A stretch of DNA of 64,000 nt from contig OZ024740.1 of assembly GCA_964016885.1 (NCBI GenBank), forward strand, positions 247,318,001 through 247,382,000. Reading direction: 5' to 3'. The position numbers and the translations under genes are program-made. Positions 51,087 through 64,000 of this stretch are shown piece by piece. Each line of letters begins with the position of its first letter. The stretch's first letter is position 1. This stretch comes from Eledone cirrhosa (Eukaryota). A model generated the notes under the pieces. It was not told the origin of the DNA. It worked only from the letters and a program-made list of their open reading frames with translations, and made no database searches.

Positions 51087-54000
51087 TTATTATTATTGGA
51101 ATCTCAGTCATTCTCAGATATCCAGCAAGTATCGGAGGGTTCTTGCTGTTCCCAGCCTTTTGAAGTGTTCCAAAAAAGGGGGATGAACTAATGTCTTTAC
51201 CCATCCTTGAAAACTCTTTGAGATAGTACCTAGTGCCCCTATGACAATCGGGACGACCTTGATCTCATGAAAGTCCCAAATGTTTTTAACTCCCACTTTA
51301 AATCCTGGTGTCGGTTAATTTTCTCCTTCTCCTTTTCTTGCACTCTTGTGTCAAATGGGCAGGCTACATTTACAATCAGGCGTGATCTTTTTTTCTTTGT
51401 CAAAAACCACGAGGTCAGGCCTATTGTGCTCTAATTTCTTATCTGTGTGTATCCTGAAATCGCATAGCACCTTCACTTGATCGTTTTCTATCACCGACTC
51501 TGACTTATGCTCATACTACTTCTCAGATTGTGGTAAATTATTTAGTTTGTATGAATGCCAATGAATCACCTTTCCTATTATATCATGCCTCCAGCCTTAG
51601 TTTCCTCTCTCTCTCCACAGATCCTACAGAGTGGGCTAGCCTCCTCCTTGTCACTTATGGTGTTTCACCCACTTCGTTCTGAGGGCTTGCTTTTGTGCAG
51701 CCATTAGAATTCCTTCTGTAGCCTTTTTAAGGTCTCCTCTTTTTAACTAGCTCCATGTCTGTGGATCTCTGAATTCCGTTTTCGTAAAAAAGGTGCTATG
51801 AAGGGATTTTTCTGAAGGTTGCCCTTCCTCTTTATTGTTATTTCCTCATTAGACATCCCCTGGTCCTCTCCTTCAGTACAACTTTGAGCATCAGCTCCCT
51901 ACTCTCAGACACATATTTGTGCAGACTGCTTTTCTCCATCTGAACACACTCCTCTATGTTGATAAGACATCTTCCGCCTTCAGATCTCTTTAAGTAGAGT
52001 CTATCAACATCACTCCTCTTGTGGAACATGCTGTAAGTAGTCACTATAGTCATTAGCTTCCTAGTCTTTCTATCCATTTCTTTTTGTTCAGTAACATTCC
52101 ATTTCAGAATTCCCGCACTGTACCTAATAATATACACAGCTCTGGAATTTACTGCACTTATGACATTCCTACTAGTTAGATGTGATTTTGGTATATTCCT
52201 TACTCTCCTCATCTTCCCTATTTATTTGGATCTTATCAATTTCTTCATTTTGTTGTTTTGGTGTCATCTGCCTCCAGAACACCTAAATATGTGTATCTCT
52301 CTTCCGTGTCGATTTCCTTTATCATCTCACCTGTTGGTACCTGGATTCCGTTGCTTCTGCTCAAGTTACCCCTCTTCATCACTAGGACTCCACACTTCCA
52401 TTCCAAATTCCATACATATATCATTGCTGAAAATACGGACAGTGTCAACAAGTACATTCAACTCCTTCTCACTCTTCCCAAAGAGTTTAAGATCGTCCAT
52501 GAAGAGAGGGTGATTGATGGTAAGCTCTTCTTTTCTCAACTTGTATCCTGCTTTCACTTTTCGCAATATAACGGTCAGGGGTATCAGGGCAAGGACAAAC
52601 AACAGAGGGGACAAACAATTATTAATACCAAATTCCATACAAATATCATTGCTGAAAATACGGACAGTGTCAACAAGTACATCAAACTCCTTCTCACTCT
52701 TCCCAAAGAGTTTAAGATCTTCCATGAAGAGGAGGTGGTTGATGGTAAGCTCTACTCTTCCCAGCTTCTATCCTGCTTTCGCTTTTCGAAATATCAGACA
52801 CAAGGGTATGAGGGTAAGGACAAATATCAAAGGGGACAAACTATCTCCTTGGAAGATACCTCTCTTGATCTTCACGTCTCCCAAGGATTCTCCAACTGAT
52901 GTTAACTGTGTTTCCCAGGACTTCATACTTTTACTTAATAGCTGTCTGATGTTGTCTGCCAACTTGAATATCTCTAGTCTTTTGGTTATCCATGAATGAG
53001 GAACCATGTCGAATGCCTTTTTGTAATCTATCCATCCCATGGCAAGATCAGTATGCCTCCTCTTGCAATTCCTCATTAACATCTTATCAATAAGTAACTG
53101 GTCTTTCGGCATCCTTTCTGTTCGTCCGGTAACAAGTTGTTTATATGGAGGTGAAAGTAATTTTCCTTAGACACAATGTTTGTTAGAAGTTTCCACATTA
53201 CAGACAGACATGTGATAGGTCTATAGTTGGTAACATCATTACCCTTGATTCGGTCTTTCATTACCAGAACAGCTGTGCCTTTTGTCAACCACTCTGGTAC
53301 TTCACCTGACTCCAAGCAGTCAGTGAGCCAGGCTGTCAGTTTCGGGTGGAGAGATCTTATATTTTTAATCCAATATCCTTGCACACTATCCGGCCCTGGT
53401 GACCTCCAGTTGATTAGTTTATTGACCTGATTTTTAAGAGTTTCAGCTGTGATACTCAAAACAGGTTGTTAGTGTGCCTGTTCACTAATCTCCTTTTGAA
53501 CTGTCTCAATCCACACTGCCACATGTTCAACATCCTGCTCCCATATTCCTCTCCAGAATGTCTTAGTTTGTTCCGCCTCAGGCATCACGTCGTTGCCTCT
53601 TTCTTTCCCTGTTGTCAAACATGCGGTTCTGTCTATTACTAACTAACTCTGTTCTTATATTATGTAATCTTTGCGTTTTTGATACAACGCGTTGCTTAAG
53701 TTTCTCTGTGATAGCATTTAGGTCCTTTCCCTTAGTGTTGTATTTTATTTTCAATCTATCTTTTGTGTCTATATTTTGTAATATCCCATTAAGTAAAGAC
53801 TCAAGCTTTCCAATGTCTTTTCTCATTTCCTTGATTTGACCTTTCAGTCGTTTCTTCCACCACGGCTCTGTTCTTTCTTGTTTGTCGTTTCCTCTCGTTT
53901 TTATACCAAGTAATGTTTTCACTACCTTTGCGATTGCTTTGAGGATGTTGTTACATTGGTGAAGGTTCTTCGTCTCAAGGTATGGGATGACCCTGCTTAC

Positions 54001-54800
54001 TTCAGCTGTCGTTTCTTTTAACTTTTTCCTGTCTACAAATCTTAGGTTCATAGGTTTTCCACTATCATTGTTCATTTCATCTACCACTAAGTTCAGAATA
54101 TCAACCAAATTTTGCCCTAGCCAGTCAGCATTCATTTCCTCAATAGCGTATCTTTGTTCCAGATGTTATTTATTTCAGTACTCAGGTCATTGTCTGCTTC
54201 GGTTGCTTCCTCGGGTCTCTGAACCTCTTCACACTCATTTCCCACTGGCTGATTTGCCTGATATACTCCACTCTCCATTTCCAACTAAATCTCTCTGCTC
54301 AGTTCCTCCAGTTCCAACTTGTTTATCCATTCATTAGTTCTTATTACACGATCCTGACTCGCTGATTTTTGTTCACCTAATTTAAATAGACCATCCTGAT
54401 TCAAGATGTTATACATCCGTTTCCTATAGCCTTTTTTCATGGGATCATTCTACAAATAATATTTAATGAGTTTTATTCAATTCTTTCGTCCGGTTGGTTC
54501 TTGCTCAATTCTTTCTTCTTCCTCCAACACCAGTAGTATTTGAATGACAGCAAAGCCCCTGCTGTTGGGTCAGCGAGCACTTGTTGGGTGAGAGTCTTTC
54601 ACATGAAGTTCCAGCCTCCTTTTCACCGTTATTTGAACTATTTAGGTTCGACATTTAAACACTTGAGAATATTATGTATTCTCAGCAGTTCAAGCGGGTA
54701 GTAAGCAAGTAGAATACACAATCTTGCCAGGAGCAATACACTCCGTCACAATTGTCAATTGTCGAATGCTTTCTCTCAGCTACCGCTAGAACAAAAGTGT
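51087..54800 (-). mobile_element. R4/Dong-clade non-LTR retrotransposon (RT plus RLE), decayed, (TAA)n tail
   Basis: PWWKKRL, NWRSPGPD, NYRPITCL, WIDYKKAFD, GIFQGDSLSPL, FMDDLKLF, RPD, PIVIGALG. Internal ~200-bp duplication in RT. Confidence 0.85.
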
Positions 54801-54883
54801 GATGTTGTCATCTAACACATGTTTTATGACGCAGTAAACAAACCGGATATTGATAATATTATATTATTATTCACTCACGAATG

Positions 54884-55031
<148 letters not shown>

Positions 55032-55079
55032 TTAAGACGTTAGTTGTTTCTTTACAAATCACGTGTTATAGGGAAAATA

Positions 55080-55920
55080 GGGTTTGAAAAATACAATGAC
55101 ATCTTTTGGTTATTTAGAAGGTTTTTGTATTCATGTACGAAGTAATTTGATGATTATTTATCTTTTTGAAGCGGCCTGGTAGTTCATGAGGAAATTACTC
55201 GGGACTGTATTTGATGGCTTTGATAACGTAATCGTGTGGAATGTATTGTATAGGCTCACAACATCGGTTAGAGGGCAATGAATTTAATTTCAAAGACAGT
55301 CCCATCTTTAAAATTAAAAAAGACTTCTCGTGCAACTCAGAGAATCTAATATACATTATAACGTGTAAAGGCTGCCACGAACATTATATTGGACAAACAG
55401 TTACTTCACTCCGAAGACCAATGACAGTACACCATCAACAAATCAGGTATCCACACAACAGAAAGATCCCTCTAAGTCAACGTATAGAGGAATTTCGATA
55501 TGTTCCCATTCTACCAGTGTAGTGAAATTTTCACTGAAGAAAAACACATTAATAAGGAAAGATTTTTCATAAGTAAATTCCAGTCAAAACTCAATTTGTT
55601 TCACACTTAATGTTTTTTAATTAAAAAAGCCTGAATTACGTTCCTCATAGTGTATCATATTCTCCTCGATATTATCGACAAAGATTAAACCAGTTGCATT
55701 CCTTGCGTTCAACAAATACACACGTGGCCACGTGAAATAAATACAAACGAAAAACATCCTTCGAGCGACAGTAACGAAAGTCTTTTTGAAAAGTGTAAAC
55801 ACAGCTGAAACCGGTAAAAGTAAACAAAAACATATAAATAATCATCAAAATACTTTGCACATTAATACACATTAATAGCCACAAGTTCAGTTGTTGCATT
55901 ACTCAATCCCTATTTTACCT
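55080..55920 (+). mobile_element. Neptune-type PLE remnant: inverted RT scrap (55080-55240), GIY-YIG (55241-55610), 3' region with variant hammerhead (55782-55820)
   Basis: FSCNSENLIYIITCKGCHEHYIGQT; CTTT-TTGAAAA...GAAA-CCGG-TA-AAAG. Confidence 0.75.
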
Positions 55921-55944
55921 ACACACATACACACACACACACAT

Positions 55945-57550
55945 CGTCAAACGTTATTATGTTACAAGAATTTTGGGGACTTGCGGACGATTATAAAATA
56001 TATATTCCGAATATGCATAATGTAAGAATTCCACTAAATAATTTGCTAAAAAAAGACGTAAAGTGAAATTAGAGTAAGTGCCAGAAGGTGTTTGAAGAAA
56101 AAACAAACATTAACATAAAACTTATCATTAGCGCATTATGACTCAAAAATACAAATTGTATTGGCTTCAGATGCTAGTGAGTACGGTATTGGAGCCGTGA
56201 GTCTGCACAAATATGATGATTGTAGCACAACAGCCGTAACTCATGCCTCACGTTCTCTACTACCAGCAGAAAATAATTACAGCCAAATTGAAAAAGAGGT
56301 GTTAGCAATAATTTCTGCCATGAAAAAATTTCATGAGTTTTTCATGGAAGGAGTTTTTGTTTACAGACTGATGATCTTAAGATGGAGTATCTGCCACCCT
56401 AAAAATTAGGACACACTGATGGTTTATCAACATTGATACCTAAAAATAGTAAACTATTTGAAGACAACAGTGATACGGGCTTTAAGAGCTGAAAAGGAAA
56501 TAACAAGTATATTGTGTAACGTAGTACAGGAATTACCTGTTACCTTAGAAGAAATAAAATTAAAAGCGGAAGAAGACGTTTTTATTATGAAAATAAAAAG
56601 ATTACTGAGAGCAGACAAAATAAATAAAAATATGAGGTTTGCAGAACGCAACCCAGATTCGAACTCGTACTCGATTTATGACACTGTACTGATGTATGCA
56701 CAAAGAGTAGTAATGCCGGCCACACTACAAAAGCGAATATTGAAAGAATTTCACATTTGTCATCCGGGAATATCAAGAAGGAAAGCTCTTATGAGAAGTT
56801 ATGTATACTGGCCCAAAATGGACCAAGAGATCGACAACTTGGTAAAATCCTGCAGAGGTTTTGCTCTGGCAGCAAAATCGCCTGCCACAAAATTTCAACC
56901 TTGGCCGAAGACGGATATTCCATGGTCCAAACTACATATAGATTTTGCAGGTCCACTAAACGGATCATATTATCTTGTAGTGGTAGAGAGCTTTACTAAG
57001 TGGCTTGAAACCTGTAAGTGTAAAAACCAACCTCCTCAGTTACAGTAAGTTTTTTTACACGAACTTTTTGCACGATATGGTATTCCTGATACCATAGTTT
57101 CTGATAATGGGACACAATTCACTGCGTATAAATTTAAACATTTTGTGAAATGTTCTCTATTGAACATGTTACCACTCTGCCATATTACCCAAGGTCAAGT
57201 GGACAAGCGGGTACATTGAGGAAATATTTAAGAGGGCCTTAAAGAAAGAAAACAATGAAATAGATGATTTAGCACTTCAACAATTTTTAGGAGCATACCA
57301 GGTTACGCGGAATCCTAATGCCCCTGCAGGTATGGCACCTGCAGAATTGATGTTCGCAAGGAAGATTAAGTCAGTGTTTGACAAATTGTTACCGGGTCGA
57401 AAAAGAAAAATATAGGATAACAAAAATAATACATTTTTCAAAATTGGTGACAAACTGTTTTCTAGAATGTATAAAAATGGTAAAGAAATGTGGGAAGACA
57501 GCGTGACAAGCAAACAAATTGGAAACATGTATATGGTAAAAGGTCACAAA
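55945..57550 (+). pseudogene. Ty3/Gypsy pol fragment (RNase H plus integrase)
   Basis: ASDASEYGIGAV, NYSQIEKE, HICHPGI...YVYWP...CRGF, WSKLHIDFAGP, IVSDNGTQF. Confidence 0.88.
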
Positions 57551-59250
57551 CGGGAACGAGTCTCTGATCTCCGAGCTACGCACTCTATCGCATAACGTTA
57601 GTCCAAGGGCCCTTCTGAGGAACCTCATTTCGCTATCTTGTATTCGTGATCGTATTCTTTCGGTCACTTGTGAACTCGCGCCTAAATACTAGAAATTCAA
57701 TCTTGCCTCCTTGTTTGAACATTGGGATTAACACTCCCTGTTGCTATTGTTTAGATGCTACTCCAGAGATCCAGACCACCTGGCACATACCAGTAAGCCA
57801 GAGAATACTTTCTCTATTTAAAGCTTTTAACATCTCGGATTGAATTTAATCCTCCCTTACGGCCTTGCCACCTTTGAGCTTTTTAATTGCTCTTGTGACC
57901 TTTGCCTCAGAAAGATTAGTCACCGCTCACAGATACACCTCGTGTACATCCGAAGATGTTGTTGTGGTAGGGTTTAGGAGATCAGCAAAGTATTCAATCC
58001 ACCTTGCGAGGAGGCATCTCAGAAGAGGAAAACCCCAGATGCGTTTCTGATAGCATTACGAAGTCGGTGGATGGTTTGCCAGAACACTTTATTTACTGAT
58101 CAGAAGTTCGATTCCAGCCCCTCTTGAAGAGATCGGGGACAAGAGCAAAGTCAATTATTGATCTCTGTCCCCGCTTACCCTTATACCATGACTACCCTGA
58201 GCCTATTAGTAGAACAAAAGTTTAGTAAGGCCTTTCCATTCGCATTTAGATCGGGATCGATGTTCTTTCCAATCACTCCTTTCCATGTCCTGTGGTCAGC
58301 ACCAACACCTACATTGTTGTCTTCCATTAGAATATAAGACTCAGTCATAACTACATCTAACGCTGCAGTGGCTTCAAGGAAGGAACTTTATTTGGACTCT
58401 CTGTTTGGTGCATAAACTTGTACGACCCACAGAGATCTATCTTTCAGCCTAAACGTCAAGAAGCACATCCTCCCTCCCAATGGGTTCCAATCCATACACA
58501 ATCTGACAGCCAGGGTGTGTGAGTATCCCCATCCTGCCTGTACAATCAATTCTGGCCCCACACCAGAATAATGGAGTTTCCATCCTCCATCCAAATCTAT
58601 CGTAGCAGAACCACGGAACCTTTTGGAGGAAAACCCGACTATGTCTAGCCGGTAGCATCCGTCCTCCTCCACGAGTTCCTGCTATTTAAGTGTTATCATA
58701 TTCCAGGTTTAAATGGTTGTGGTTTGCTCTTATCCGAAGCCTCTTTGAAGTCTCGGGATACGCAATCTTTGTTTGTCCTTCCCATGCCTCCCAGGACAGG
58801 TCACAGGACCATCATCAATTCTTGCATCACGAGATGAATACTCCAATATCTCTTTCGAACAGACCCTCTATCTAAGGCCTGAATGGTATGATTGTTTTTT
58901 TTGCCTCTAACCATATTGCAGTTTTGATGGTCTTATTCGCGTCAGTCACCAATCTGTTACATTTCTCGGATCTGCGAAGAATTGACCTTTTCAGAGAAGG
59001 TCTTTACTCGCCTCGTCTAACTATATCACTGGGTTGTGAGAGTTTTCTTGGAAGCCGAAGGTGTTACCACTGCTCTATCTCCTCTAGTAGTTTACCGCTG
59101 TTGGTTTGTAGTTGCTTATTCGTCCGACAAGAGTCCGCTTATATTGCCACGAACCTTCATATCTGGTGGCCGTATGACTAGTCGTTATGTACAACCCTTC
59201 TCTAGTAATAACAGCTCTATCGGAAACACTTGTTAATTTTCTTCTTGCAT
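57548..59250 (-). mobile_element. Decayed, internally deleted RTE-type LINE
   Basis: LDIVGFS, GGWKLHYSGV, VQVYAPN (APE domain); SEMRFLRRALGLTLCDRVRSSEIR (C-terminus). Confidence 0.7.
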
Positions 59251-60246
59251 TTGCAAGCACAACAAATACGGTGAATCGAATGAGATATGTTCGTTTTCCC
59301 ATTTCGAGTCAGTGAAGAAACTGTAAAGAAAATATTGAAATATTATAAATGGATTTAACCGCGACAGGTTTCATATACAACCAAGAATTTGATAAACAAC
59401 TGTATTAAGAAATGAATCATATCAACAGATGTCAACAAATTCATTAATTGAATATTTAAATGAAATACGAGATGATAATTGAAGAAAGTAATGGTAAATC
59501 TTTAAAAAAACGGATATTTAAGGGAAATAACTCTTCATGTTGTTAGCTTTAGATTAGTTCTGGTCGTTATTGCGATAGTTCAAATATTAGTTTTTCATCT
59601 TTCCGAAGTCGAAAAAATGAAGTACCACTCAAGTACTGGGAGTTGTTCTTCCACCAAATTTTCTGGCCTTGCACCTTAATTAAAAGTTAATAAAATAACA
59701 AAGAATAAAATCTTTAAAAATTTATATCTATGGGAAGTAACCCACACATTAGCCATATAAACATTTTAGAAGTTATTTCCCTTGTCTAATAATTATTTTG
59801 CTAGTTGCTGATAGAGCAAAACATTAATAAAATCCGGTAAGTGAGACGATTGTAAAGGAATTCGATGTGAAAAAACCAGCATGAGTCTTGTTTACTGGGC
59901 TTTCAAAATCTTATTTCAAAATGTAAATGTTGTGTGTAAAATAGAGACGGGACATATATCCATGCGTATACTATAAATAAGCTCGAAACACGCCTATATC
60001 TGACATTGTGCCTATGCTGGAAGTAAGTAGTTATAGTTAATTTCTTGAGTTGATAAGAACGTTAATTTTCTTATAAGACAAACCCTGCCAAAATTTTACC
60101 TGTTTCGAGAATGTTGAAACTAAAGGAATCACATCATAGAAGAGTCATTATAACAAATCAAAAAAGAAAAAAAGTTCACAAAAACTGTTGAATTTTCTTC
60201 ACATATATTTATTTACTGGTGTCAACAGTTATTAAAAATAATATAA

Positions 60247-60372
<126 letters not shown>

Positions 60373-62037
60373 TTAAGGATACTATTTATGGTTATGTATA
60401 TACTATGGTTATGTATATACTAAAACTTTTTATAGTTATATATATTTTAAACCCTAAACAGTGAAAGACCGTAATTTATTACTACCTTATTACCAGTAAG
60501 ATAAATAGCTCAATGTAATAACATCAATTGTTCTACAGAGCAGTTATATAGAATTCACAGGAATCAAAGCTATGTTCAAAGCATTTATTACCTTACAATT
60601 GTTTCATCCAAACCGAGGCTTAGAGTCTTCGGACCATTTTTCAATGTTTGTATACATACATGACCTCCTTTCCAACGCAAGAGACATACAGATACATATG
60701 TATATATTGATGTACAGTGGGGTGACATATATTATATTATTTCTGAATGGCAATTTAAATTCAAAAATTAAAATCATATTAAAACAGAATCAAAGCACAA
60801 TTAAAATTAAAATACAACATCAATGCAAATTTAAAATACAATCGGTAGTTAACGTAGATAATGCAAGAGGATAGTTTGTTATTCAGTTGTAGTAGTTATT
60901 GTATGCATTAGTTACAGGTGGGGCATGCACGTGTGTCTTATTTATATATGATTATTGTGCGGCAGGGTGTTATATGTAATACAAGCACTTTAAGCGGGTA
61001 AGTAAGAGTATTATGGAGGTTGTAGTGGTAAGGTATTTTTTGTATATGGTAAAGAAGTTTGTGTGCAGAGAAATAGTATAAATGAGAAGCAAAATAAGGT
61101 TATGGTTTTTGTATACTCCACCATTTTCACATTCAGGAAACGTAATATATAGTTTATATGTCCTTCACATAATTAACGATGATTCAGTATTGGATGTTTG
61201 ATGTATTAAGTTAAATTATTATAGCTTGTTGCGGCTCAGTGTTCTTTAATCCAATTTTATAGAGCAGGTTGTTTCTGTTGCGAGAATTTACATCGTTTTA
61301 ATATCCGGAAGTATGTGTGTGATTAAGAGGAGTTAATGCATGAGGGACGGTAACTAGCTGATTTCTATAACTAAATTTATTATTCCAACATACATTAAAA
61401 GGTGTCTCAATTGAGTCCCTTATATATACGGTTATATACAGTTTCCAAATTTAAGTATCCTATCTTTAATTACAGTCTACTCTATCATGAAGTACTAAAG
61501 GTATCTATATTAGGATGATTACCCCCTATCATAGAGTGCTACAGCTGAATATTCCATACGAAGAGTCAGATCTACATATCAAAGTTCTTTGTAAATGTAG
61601 TCTACTCACAGAACCTTCAGGGGTCCTATTAGAACCACGTCTATATAACCCCTGGTAAGCTCTGGGTCAGCTTATGGCTGATTGCATGGCAAAGTTAAAT
61701 ATCTCTAGGGTAGACCAAAAAACATTTCTCACTTACAATGTCATTAATCTATCTATCAAGTTATACATGCATATATAACTCGCATACCACTTGTACATAA
61801 TAAATTGAACTCAACATATAGGTTATACAGCTCTTTTATGTTAATAAATTAATCCTCTATTTATCTAATGATAGCACTCCAAACATACAACAACATTTGC
61901 ACAAATAATTCATTGCTGAATTCGGTGTGTAAAGTTTACATATAATTATATAGTGATATAATACAGTCTAAGTAATTGAAAGTAATTATACTAAAAGTAG
62001 GTGTACATGGGATATCAAGGAAAACAAAGATAAAAAA

Positions 62038-63237
62038 GTTCGATCTATATCGATCTCATCCGACTCTATAATCGGCAGTTCGACGTACCCTTTAAAATGC
62101 TAGTAGAAAATGAATACATGCTATATGATAAAGTCAGAAGTTCATATGTTGGTCAATATGGATTGTTTTGATTGGTGGAATAGATCATAGGGATATTTCC
62201 GCCTGTAGTGTATGTGGGGTGGATGTGATGATAAGATGGCGGTGACGGTCTGCGGCTGAGATGGGCTGTGGTGTGGGGGTGGTAGATTGTCGGTAGACAG
62301 ATTGGCGTGTATTTGTAGCTGAATATTGTGTTTGGTGTGCGTGTGGTGTTGTTTATGGTAGTGGTGTTTAAATATTGTTGAACATATCATCCCATCGCTG
62401 CCACCACCACCATGACCACACACATCGCTAAATGTTCACAACCTTGTTTTCCCCGTGTTCCCTGTCACTTTTTAACATGTAACCCATCTTATAATTGAAT
62501 CCTGTATATTTTTTTGTCGCACACAACACCACCACCGCCACCACAAGGCACATCTCCATACTTCAACAATCATTAACATCATTAACATCACCAACACATA
62601 CCTTCCCTCCCTAAACAACGCAAGTGTGTGTATCTGTGTGTAAGTATATTCGTATGTACAACGCCATCTCTATTGGCTCTCCCCCTCCCTCTATCTATGT
62701 ACTACGCCATCCCCACTGACACTCCCCCCTCTCTCTACATATACACACACACATGTATGTGTGTGTATGTGTGTGTATGCGTATATATGTCAGTGTATAT
62801 ATACGCATGTGTATGTATACAACGTTTTGTCAGACTAAGTGTCTCTAGGTATGTATCTCCTCATCGTATTTGACACCACTAACACATCCACCACATCACC
62901 ATACACACCATTACCATAAACAACAACACCACACCCACACCACACAAAATAATCAGCTACAAATACACGCCAATCTGTCTACCGACAATCCACCAGACCC
63001 TCACCAAAGCCCATCCCAGCCTGCGACCGTCACCACCATCTTATCATCACATCCACCCCCACATACACTACAGGCGGAAATATCCCTATGATTTATTCCA
63101 CCAATCAAAACAATCCATATTGACCAACATATGAACTTCTGACTTTATCATATAGCATGTATTCATTTTCTACTAACATTTTAAGGGTACGTCGAGCTGC
63201 CGATTATAGAGTCGGGTAAGATCGATACAGATCGAAC
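62038..63237. repeat. Fold-back element, arms ~62038-62368 / ~62905-63237
   Basis: Reverse-complement arms; CA-rich spacer resembling PLE 3' regions. Confidence 0.85.
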
Positions 63238-63316
63238 CTTGAGCTGATCAGTGGCGAACCGCGCGTCACCTAACAATAAATGTAATGAAGGAGTAACCAA
63301 TCGTCCTTGTTATCTG

Positions 63317-63374
<58 letters not shown>

Positions 63375-63526
63375 TCCTCTTTCCTCCTCCTCCTTCAAGT
63401 TTGACCTGTGTGTAATTCTTTTCTCGCGCGGTCTTGGTCAAGCTGGTATGGAATTTTTTTTCTCTCTCTCTCTTTCGTCTGCGACTTCACAAAACTTATG
63501 TTTACCGAATTCGTAGACCAGACCCC

Positions 63527-63634
63527 TTCTTCTTCTTCTTCTTCTTCTTCTTCTTCTTCTTCTTCTTCTTCTTCTTCTTCTTCTTCTTCTTCTTCTTCTT
63601 CTTCTTCTTCTTCTTCTTCTTCTTCTTCTTCTTC
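63527..63634. repeat. (TTC)n microsatellite
   Basis: Direct reading. Confidence 0.95.
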
Positions 63635-63831
63635 TCTCCTTTTTCCCCCCTGTCAGACTTGTGCCAAATTCTTTCCTTGCTCACATTTCAACCAGGTTTG
63701 ATGGTCTTTTGTCTCTTGTTCACGATTTCACCGAGTTTATATTCATAGAGATCTGGGACTTATCTATTTCTTCTCCCTTTCTGTTGCTTAAACCTTTTTG
63801 TTTGTTACCCTGGCGTCCCCTTTGTTTACGT

Positions 63832-63934
63832 GTCCCAACGACTTTTTTTAGCCGTTGTTCGCACCAACCTGAGGCATATGGCCCTTAAAGCGATGAAATG
63901 CCTGGGACGGTTGGAGGGTGACTGATGAAGGACT
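63832..63934 (-). ncRNA. Unclassified pseudoknot-capable RNA motif
   Basis: Four helices, two covarying with the copy at 11643-11744. Confidence 0.55.
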
Positions 63935-64000
63935 TACTTTTTCATATGCCCAACCATTTGCAACGGGCAGCCTATTATTATCATATATATATATATATAT

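Noticed and set aside
60900-61800. Very decayed PLE RT on the minus strand (KFGNC-like scrap)
   Set aside because: Too degenerate to support by eye.

Overview
AT-rich eukaryotic intergenic or intronic DNA. The (TA)n/(CA)n density and the Meta-domain tRNA-SINE family suggest a cephalopod, probably an octopod (inference). I see no host protein-coding gene. The window is a nested set of decayed retroelements dominated by Penelope-like elements (PLEs) of Naiad, Neptune and probably Nematis type, inserted in (TA)n and often arranged as fold-back structures. The largest is a ~10.4-kb head-to-head Naiad palindrome (37.9-48.3 kb). Other residents are a GC-rich CRE-clade LINE, two RTE-type LINEs, an R4/Dong LINE, a Gypsy pol fragment, Helitron-like termini and SINEs. 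The most interesting layer is RNA structure: (i) many minimal type-I hammerhead ribozymes with palindromic helix III, including UUGANAA and CUGAUGU core variants; (ii) a covarying UU-bulged hairpin (RCTCY...RTTGAGY) usually ~60 nt downstream of the hammerhead in several unrelated PLE families; (iii) a covarying, possibly pseudoknotted RNA present twice. All alignments and pairings were read by eye, so boundaries are approximate.
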